Position numbers and translations under genes: made by a program | The notes under the pieces: model-generated | Seen by the model: only the letters and a program-made list of their open reading frames with translations | The model's database searches: none | What the model was told of the DNA's origin: nothing | Shown: piece after piece, positions 6,780 to 12,443 of the stretch | How the letters are laid out: each line of letters opens with the position of its first letter | Numbering within the stretch: the first letter of the stretch is position 1 | DNA from: Vulcanimicrobiota bacterium | Lineage (GTDB): Bacteria > Vulcanimicrobiota > Vulcanimicrobiia > Vulcanimicrobiales > Vulcanimicrobiaceae | NCBI GenBank assembly: GCA_003133025.1 | Contig: PKZK01000187.1 | Span: 87,366 to 99,808 of the forward strand | Direction of reading: 5' to 3' | DNA length: 12,443 nt

Positions 6780-8117
6780 ATGTTGTCTGCGACGACGTCC
6801 CGCTCCGCCCTCGTTTCGGGTGCCTGCCTCGGCCTGCTGCTCGCACAGAGCGAACGGGCGAGCGCCCAGACGCCGTTTCCGCGCGGGGCGATCCAGCACA
6901 TCGTCTTCGTCATTCAAGAAAATCGCAGCGTCGACAATTTGTTCAACGGTTTTCCCGGCGCCGACACCGTGCGCGTCGGACACCGGCACGACGGCTCGGC
7001 GGTCGCCTTGCACGCGGTCGGCCTCGACGAACCGACCGACGTCGATCACGCCCGCGATTCGTTCGTCAACGCCTACGATCATGGTCGCGCCGACGGCTTC
7101 GATCTCAACGGCACCGAACCGGCCTCGAAGAACGGCGATTTCCCCTACGCCTACGTGCCCGAGACGGAGGTCGACCCGTACTGGACGATGGCGCGCCGCT
7201 ACACCTTCGCCGACAGAACCTTCGAGTCGCTCGGCGGTCCGAGTTTCGACGCGCATCAATACTTGATCGCGGGCCAATCCGGCGGCGCCGTCACCAATCC
7301 GAGCATTCTCGAGGGCGCGACCTATTATTGGGGCTGCGATTCGCCGCCGGGTACGCGCGTCACCGTCGTCGGCCGCGACGGGCAAGCCGACGGGCCCAAG
7401 ATCTTCCCCTGTTTCAATTACCGCACGCTCGCGGATTCGCTCGACGCGGCCGGCCGGAGTTGGCGAAACTACGGGCCCGCGCCGAGCAACGTCGGCAACG
7501 TCTGGACCGGCTTCGATGCGATCCGGCAAATTCGCTTCGGCCCCGATTGGGCGAGCAAGGTCGTCACGCCGGAGACGCGCTTCCTGAGCGACGTGCGCGC
7601 GGGCGCCCTCGCCGACGTCACCTGGGTCACGCCTGATTTTCGCGCCTCGGATCATCCGATGTACGGATTGAAACAGCACAAGCTCGCCCGCGCCGAACGC
7701 GACCTCGGGCCGCAGTGGGTCGCCAACGTGGTCAACGCGGTCGGCCGCAGCCGGTATTGGAATACGACGGCGATCGTGGTGGTCTGGGACGATTGGGGCG
7801 GCTGGTACGATCACGTCCCGCCGCCGCAACTCGATGCGCTCGGCCTCGGTTTCCGCGTGCCGATGATCGTCATCAGCCCCTACGCCAAACACGGCTACGT
7901 GTCGCACGTGCAACACGAGTTCGGCAGTCTGCTGAAATTCGCCGAAGAAGTCTTTGGGTTGCCGAGCCTGGGCACGACGGACGTGCGCGCCGACGATTTG
8001 GCCGACTGCTTCGATTTCCGGCAACGGAAGCGTCCGCTGGTCGAGATTCCGACGAAGCTCGGCCTCGAGGATTTCCTATCGATGCAGCCCAGCGACGTGC
8101 CGCCCGACGATGATTAG
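6780..8117 (+). CDS. Phospholipase C/AcpA-type phosphoesterase paralog, exported (445 aa)
   Basis: QHIVFVIQENRSVDNLF, GPSFDAH, ASDHP, WDDWGGWYDHV, GFRVPMIVISPYA; signal peptide ending ASA. Confidence 0.9.
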   Translation: MLSATTSRSALVSGACLGLLLAQSERASAQTPFPRGAIQHIVFVIQENRSVDNLFNGFPGADTVRVGHRHDGSAVALHAVGLDEPTDVDHARDSFVNAYDHGRADGFDLNGTEPASKNGDFPYAYVPETEVDPYWTMARRYTFADRTFESLGGPSFDAHQYLIAGQSGGAVTNPSILEGATYYWGCDSPPGTRVTVVGRDGQADGPKIFPCFNYRTLADSLDAAGRSWRNYGPAPSNVGNVWTGFDAIRQIRFGPDWASKVVTPETRFLSDVRAGALADVTWVTPDFRASDHPMYGLKQHKLARAERDLGPQWVANVVNAVGRSRYWNTTAIVVVWDDWGGWYDHVPPPQLDALGLGFRVPMIVISPYAKHGYVSHVQHEFGSLLKFAEEVFGLPSLGTTDVRADDLADCFDFRQRKRPLVEIPTKLGLEDFLSMQPSDVPPDDD

Positions 8118-8161
8118 GCTCGCCGCGATTGAGTGACGCCGTCGCGGGAAAGGATGACGTC

Positions 8162-8731
8162 ATGAGCAACGCTGCCGATACCGACACCACCACCAAGCTC
8201 CGCGTCGCAATCCTCGTCGCCGAAGGCTTCGAGCAAGTCGAGATGACCAAACCCCGCGAGGCGCTCGAACGCGCGGGCGCGCGCACCGTCCTCATCTCGC
8301 CCGAAAAGGGCCAAGTGCTCGCCTTCAACCACCATGATAAGGGCGACCGTTTTCCGGTCGACGTTGCGCTCGACGATGCCGACGCCGACGACTACGACGC
8401 GTTGTTGCTGCCGGGCGGCGCGCTAAATCCCGACACGCTGCGCACGTTGCCGAACGCCGTCGAGTTCGTGCGCTCGTTCTTCGACGACGCCAAGCCCGTT
8501 GCGGCCATCTGCCACGCACCGTGGACGCTGATCGAAGCCGACGTCGTCGAAGGGCGCCGCCTGACCTCGTGGCCGTCGCTACGCACCGATCTCGAGAATG
8601 CCGGCGCGGAGTGGGTCGACGAAAAAGTCGTACGCGACGAAAACCTCGTAACCAGCCGCAAGCCCGACGACATTCCCGACTTCAATCGCGAGATGATCGC
8701 GCTCTTCTCGAACGACACGGTGGCCGTCTAG
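8162..8731 (+). CDS. PfpI/YhbO (DJ-1 superfamily) type 1 glutamine amidotransferase-like protein (189 aa)
   Basis: GFEQVE, DYDALLLPGG, AICHAP (nucleophile Cys-His), GRRLTSW, LVTSRKPDD; ATG at 8162 with AAGGA upstream. Confidence 0.92.
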   Translation: MSNAADTDTTTKLRVAILVAEGFEQVEMTKPREALERAGARTVLISPEKGQVLAFNHHDKGDRFPVDVALDDADADDYDALLLPGGALNPDTLRTLPNAVEFVRSFFDDAKPVAAICHAPWTLIEADVVEGRRLTSWPSLRTDLENAGAEWVDEKVVRDENLVTSRKPDDIPDFNREMIALFSNDTVAV

Positions 8732-8738
8732 ACCGTAT

Positions 8739-9782
8739 CTAGGACGACGACGGCTGGAGTATCATCCAGACTTGGCTGCCGGACGTGTCGAAGTCGAACG
8801 CTTGCGCGAGCACGTTGCCCGCGTCGTCGACGTCGGCAACCGAGAGGCCGAAAAAGTTTCCGGGCAGGATCAGCGCGCCGAGGTCTCGGGTTCCGTCGAG
8901 CGGGGTGCGCACCCACGAGAAGAATTGCGGACGATTCTCGCCGACGACCGTACCGTACGGGTTCGCCGCAACGGGCGTGTAGGTTCCGTAGACGTCGTTG
9001 GGCACGTTGCCCAAGTCCTGCGGCGGCCTGCCGCCCCACACGCGCCAGAGGTAGGTGTGTCCGGCGGCGCGTGGATCGAACAGGACGAGTTGATCCGCGG
9101 AGGTCAGGATCGACGACGGACGCAGGTCGCCCGGTAAGCTCAACGACAGATAGTGGCCCGAGTCGGCCAGGCCGTATTTCGCGCTGCCGTCGGCGCACGT
9201 TGCCGCTCCGAATACATAGTGGTCGTTGAGAGCGATCGGGCGCGTGATGCCGCAGCCCCGGCCCAGATCCTGGAAGACCGGCCAGGTGTCGCTCACCGTG
9301 TCGTATACGCCGCGCGAGCCGTCCTGCTTGACGCCAAGCGCGAGCCCGGCGGAATTGACCGCAAAGAAGGACGCCGCGCTCGGGACGACCGTCGAGCGCC
9401 CGTCTTTGTAGACGAAGCCCTGCGTCTTCGTGCCGGTTCCGACGCGACCGACGATCGTGCCGCTCTTACTCACCGCATCCACGCGACACACGCTGAAGCC
9501 GCCGGGCGAAATGTTGAGCACCGCGGTGGTCGACCACAGCAGGCACAGCCGTGCGCCGTTGAGCACGGCGTCGCCGGCGATCGAGTCGGACGGCCCGAAT
9601 CCCGTGGCATGGGCCTCGGTATAGCCGACCAAACTCACGACTCGCGTGACGCGATAGGCCGTCGAGTGGATGTCGCGATGCGTCGCCGACGTGGCGGCTG
9701 TCGCCGGAACTGCGCCGAAGAACGCGGAGCTCGACAGAGCTAGGGCGGCGGCCGCGCGAAGCGTGACGGTCTGGAAGTTCAC
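8739..9782 (-). CDS. Secreted HAF-like repeat (probable beta-propeller) hypothetical protein (347 aa)
   Basis: Probable GTG start at 9782 followed by a signal peptide (NFQTVTLRAAAALALSSSAFFGAVPATA); recurring A.N/D..G..(V/L)G units (AVSKSGTIVG, AVNSAGLALG, AANPYGTVVG, DVDDAGNVLA), GFVYKDG, and DLG motifs. Start position is uncertain. Confidence 0.7.
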   Translation of the reverse strand: MNFQTVTLRAAAALALSSSAFFGAVPATAATSATHRDIHSTAYRVTRVVSLVGYTEAHATGFGPSDSIAGDAVLNGARLCLLWSTTAVLNISPGGFSVCRVDAVSKSGTIVGRVGTGTKTQGFVYKDGRSTVVPSAASFFAVNSAGLALGVKQDGSRGVYDTVSDTWPVFQDLGRGCGITRPIALNDHYVFGAATCADGSAKYGLADSGHYLSLSLPGDLRPSSILTSADQLVLFDPRAAGHTYLWRVWGGRPPQDLGNVPNDVYGTYTPVAANPYGTVVGENRPQFFSWVRTPLDGTRDLGALILPGNFFGLSVADVDDAGNVLAQAFDFDTSGSQVWMILQPSSS

Positions 9783-9903
9783 GGGGCGCTCTTTCGCGCG
9801 CGGTCGCCCGATGGGCCTCTTGACGCCCTCGACCGAGACAGGCATACGAAGGCCTGCACGCGTGGGGCGAATTCGCACCAACTCCGGGCACTCACTCTCT
9901 CAA

Positions 9904-10092
9904 GGCCGCATGAGGTGGGGGGAGGAACGGGAGCACCGTTTCTCTCGGCAGGTTGGGACTGCCGGATAGGTGCGATCGGATTAACCGGGTTGTTGGGACC
10001 CGGAGGATCATATTTGGGTGCTCTGATTAGCTCCCGTCCCCCGGTCCAGTATGCCCGTTCGGCAACGGGGCTGCGGTCATTAACTACTGACC
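9904..10092 (-). ncRNA. Putative structured RNA or cis-regulatory element of unknown family
   Basis: 13-bp helix 10042-10030/9934-9922 (contiguous with two G-U pairs on the minus strand) enclosing two 6-bp hairpins that share GTCCCAAC; further hairpins at 10054-10069 and 10075-10092. Strand is tentative. Confidence 0.4.
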
Positions 10093-10105
10093 CTGCGCCC
10101 CCAAG

Positions 10106-10120
10106 CCTTATCCGGTAAGG
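10106..10120 (-). other. Short hairpin 8 bp after the aceF stop (possible 3'-end or pause structure)
   Basis: CCTTA-CCGGA-TAAGG on the minus strand; no U-tract, so not a canonical intrinsic terminator. Confidence 0.3.
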
Positions 10121-10128
10121 GAAAGCGA

Positions 10129-11415
10129 CTACAGCAAGCTCCGGCGCAGGTCGGCTAGCAGGGCTGCCAACGTGGCGTTGAAACGCGCCGCCAGCGCCCC
10201 GTCGATCACCCGGTGGTCGTAGGAGAGCGAGAGCGGCAGCATGAGCCGAGGCTCGAAGGCACTGCCGTTCCAGACCGGGCGCGTGGCCGAGCGGCTCACG
10301 CCCAGGATTGCGACCTCGGGCGCGTTGATGATCGGGGTAAAGCCGGTGCCGCCGATGCCGCCCAGGCTCGAGATCGTGAAGCTCGCACCCGACATCTCGG
10401 CGAGCGACAGTTTCCCCTCGCGCGCCTTGGCGGCCAGCTCGCGCGTCTCGCGCGCCAGCTCGAGCGCGCCCTTGCGGTCGACGTCGCGCACCACGGGCAC
10501 GAGCAGACCCTGTGGGGTGTCGGCCGCGAAGCCGAGATGGTAATACCGCTTCAGCACGAGGGTGTCGCCCTCGATCGATGCGTTGAGTTCGGGGTGGCGC
10601 TGCAGCGCCGCAACCACCGCCTTCATCAAGAAAGCCAGCAAGGTCAGCTTCGCCTCGGGGCGCTCGGCATTGACGCGCTGCCGCAGCGCTTCCAAATCGG
10701 TGACGTCCGCATCCTCGTGATTGGTCACGTGCGGGATCGAGATCCAATTGCGGTGCAGCGCCGGCCCCGAGATGCGCTTGATGCGCGAGAGCGGCTGCAC
10801 CTCGACCGGCCCGAACTGCGCGAAGTCGATCTTCGGCCACGCCGGCAGCGCGAAGGGCACGCCCGACGCCTGCGCGGCCGCGGGCGGTCCCTCGCGCAAC
10901 GAGCGTTTCACGTACGCCTGCACGTCGTCGCGCGTGATGCGTTTGTTCGGTCCCGTGCCCTCGACGCGATCGAGCGGCACGCCGAGTTCGCGCGCGAAAC
11001 GCCGGATCGACGGGCCTGCATGCACCGCCTCGCCGTGCGCTGCCTCGACCGGCGCGGGCGCTTCGGCGGGTGGGGGCTGCGCGGCCGGCGACGGCGGCGC
11101 GGCAGCCGGCGGCGGCGCGGCGGGAGCCGGCGGCTCGGCAACGGGCGGCGCGGGCTTGCCGTTTGCCGGAGCAGCGTTGACCGAGAGCGTGAGAATCGGC
11201 GTGCCTTCGGAGACCTTATCGCCCACCGAGATCGCGATCGCGTCGACCACGCCCGCTTCGGGTGAGGGCACCTCCATCGTGGCCTTGTCGGATTCGAGCG
11301 TCAGCAGCGCATCGTCGACGCGCACCGTGTCGCCCGGTTTGACCAGCACCTCGATCACCGGCACTTCGTGGAAGTCGCCGATGTTGGGCACGCGCACTTC
11401 GATCGAATTTGCCAT
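10129..11415 (-). CDS. aceF: Pyruvate dehydrogenase E2, dihydrolipoamide acetyltransferase (single lipoyl domain)
   Basis: Lipoyl motif LESDKATMEVPS, Pro/Ala linker, peripheral subunit-binding domain (HAGPSIRRFARELGV...GTGPNKRIT), catalytic SYDHRVIDG; start overlaps the aceE stop (TGATG). Confidence 0.96.
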   Translation of the reverse strand: MANSIEVRVPNIGDFHEVPVIEVLVKPGDTVRVDDALLTLESDKATMEVPSPEAGVVDAIAISVGDKVSEGTPILTLSVNAAPANGKPAPPVAEPPAPAAPPPAAAPPSPAAQPPPAEAPAPVEAAHGEAVHAGPSIRRFARELGVPLDRVEGTGPNKRITRDDVQAYVKRSLREGPPAAAQASGVPFALPAWPKIDFAQFGPVEVQPLSRIKRISGPALHRNWISIPHVTNHEDADVTDLEALRQRVNAERPEAKLTLLAFLMKAVVAALQRHPELNASIEGDTLVLKRYYHLGFAADTPQGLLVPVVRDVDRKGALELARETRELAAKAREGKLSLAEMSGASFTISSLGGIGGTGFTPIINAPEVAILGVSRSATRPVWNGSAFEPRLMLPLSLSYDHRVIDGALAARFNATLAALLADLRRSLL

Positions 11416-12443
11416 CAGATGGTCACCGGATTCGGCTTCGCCGGATCGATTCCGTATTTCTTCAGCGCCGCGCCGACCTGCGCCGGTTCGATGCGGCCTT
11501 CGTCGGCGAGCGCCTTGAGCGCCGCCACCGCCACGAAGTGCCGGTCCACTTCAAAGAACTCGCGCAGTTTGCGCCGGTAGTCGCTGCGGCCGTAGCCGTC
11601 GGTGCCGAGCGCGACGTAGCGCCGGTCGAGAAACGGCCGGATCTGATCGGCGTGGGTCTTGATGTAGTCGGTCGCGGCGATGGCCGGCCCCGGGTGGCCG
11701 GCAAGCACCGAGCGCACGTAGGGCACGCGCGGCGCCTCTTCGGGATGCAACAGATTCCAGCGCTCCACGTCGAGCCCGTCGCGCCGCAACTCAGTGAAGC
11801 TCGTGACGCTCCATACGTCGGCGGCCACGCCGAAATCGTTCTGCAGCAAATCGGCCGCAGCCAACACCTCGCGCAGGATCGTGCCGCTGCCCAGGAGTTG
11901 CACGTGCGGCGCGTCGGGCGTGGCCGGTGCCGCCTCGCGCACGCGGTAGATGCCCCTCACGATGCCGGCCTCCACGCCCGCGGGCATGGCCGGTTGCCGG
12001 TAATTCTCGTTCATCACCGTAATGTAATAGTAAACGTCCTCTTGCTCCGCGCACATCCGGCGCAGTCCGTCCTGCACGATCACCGCGAGTTCGTAGGCGT
12101 ACGCCGGATCGTAGGCCACGCAGTTAGGAATGAACGACGCGAAGACGTGGCTGTGGCCGTCCTCGTGTTGCAGACCCTCGCCGTTGAGCGTGGTGCGGCC
12201 GGCCGTTCCGCCGATCACGAAGCCGCGGCTACGCATGTCGCCCGCGGCCCACGCAAAGTCGCCGATGCGCTGGAAGCCGAACATCGAGTAAAAGATATAG
12301 AGCGGGATCATCTGCTCGCCGTTGGTCGAGTACGACGTGGCTGCGGCGATCCACGAACAGAACGCGCCCGCCTCGTTGATGCCTTCCTGGAGAATCTGGC
12401 CGTGCAAATCCTCGCGGTAATACATCAGTTGCGCGGCGTCTTG
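11415..12443 (-). CDS. aceE: Pyruvate dehydrogenase E1, homodimeric AceE type, 5'-truncated by window edge
   Basis: Frame is open to the window end (QDAAQLMYYRED...); GQILQEGINEAGA, YSMFGFQRIGD, GRTTLNGEGLQHEDGHS, LGTDGYGRSD. Confidence 0.96.
   Translation of the reverse strand, partial: QDAAQLMYYREDLHGQILQEGINEAGAFCSWIAAATSYSTNGEQMIPLYIFYSMFGFQRIGDFAWAAGDMRSRGFVIGGTAGRTTLNGEGLQHEDGHSHVFASFIPNCVAYDPAYAYELAVIVQDGLRRMCAEQEDVYYYITVMNENYRQPAMPAGVEAGIVRGIYRVREAAPATPDAPHVQLLGSGTILREVLAAADLLQNDFGVAADVWSVTSFTELRRDGLDVERWNLLHPEEAPRVPYVRSVLAGHPGPAIAATDYIKTHADQIRPFLDRRYVALGTDGYGRSDYRRKLREFFEVDRHFVAVAALKALADEGRIEPAQVGAALKKYGIDPAKPNPVTI

Noticed and set aside
5696..7816. Inverted nucleotide similarity (30/32 nt at WDDWGGWYDHV) as an inversion site
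   Set aside because: Explained by conserved Trp/Asp/Gly-rich coding in divergent paralogs; no recombinase nearby.
9952..9999. GTTGGGAC repeat as a mini-CRISPR
   Set aside because: Only two 8-bp copies and no cas genes.
9921..10007. Nine GGA triplets on the plus strand suggesting a CsrA/RsmA-sponge sRNA
   Set aside because: None is in the canonical ANGGA context and most lie in stems; the longest helix favours the opposite strand.
9910..10100. Group II intron-like hints on the minus strand (GGGCG shortly after a hairpin, ...GCCGAACGG...GGACGGGAGCTAATCA resembling IIC domain V/VI from memory, ACCTCAT end)
   Set aside because: A domain V helix cannot be formed, the would-be branch A is not in a paired stem, the element is too short and there is no RT ORF. 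A search with Rfam Intron_gpII would settle it.
9917..10112. RNase P, tmRNA, tRNA, SRP or 6S identity for the intergenic region
   Set aside because: GAGGAA is not followed by AGUCC, and there is no T-loop/CCA end, no SRP GGAAG-CAGC core and no single long 6S-type rod.
9779..10840. 353-aa minus ORF and 67-aa plus ORF (9915-10118) crossing the intergenic region
   Set aside because: The first is an alternative frame of aceF; neither has recognisable motifs or a convincing RBS.
11040..11170. GC-rich low-complexity repeats within aceF
   Set aside because: They encode the normal Pro/Ala-rich E2 linker.
317..12054. Many long Arg/Ala/Pro-rich overlapping ORFs (e.g. 1662-2867, 3627-4736, 5698-7266, 6747-8024, 10213-11265)
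   Set aside because: Typical shadow frames of high-GC genes, overlapping better-supported CDSs.

Overview
GC-rich bacterial chromosomal window with no mobile element or CRISPR array. Left to right: 3' part of a cysteine synthase (+); an orphan, start-less fragment of a Gloeo_Verruco (GloVer)-type repeat gene (-); a two-gene SPFH/zinc-ribbon plus tandem Tim44/zinc-ribbon operon (-); a secreted SxxK serine hydrolase (+); a 56-aa four-Cys microprotein missed by the ORF track (+); a 71-aa acidic hypothetical protein (-); two head-to-head paralogous phospholipase C/AcpA-family phosphoesterases; a PfpI/DJ-1 protein (+); a secreted HAF-like repeat protein (-); a 346-bp highly structured intergenic region; and aceF plus the 3' part of aceE (-), with no lpdA after aceF. 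The gene mix recalls soil/acidophile lineages such as Eremiobacterota or Acidobacteriota, but this is inference only. Best novelty candidates: the structured RNA-like element at about 9.9-10.1 kb and the SPFH-(Tim44-ZnR)x2 membrane module. All family assignments come from motif recognition by eye, not database searches.
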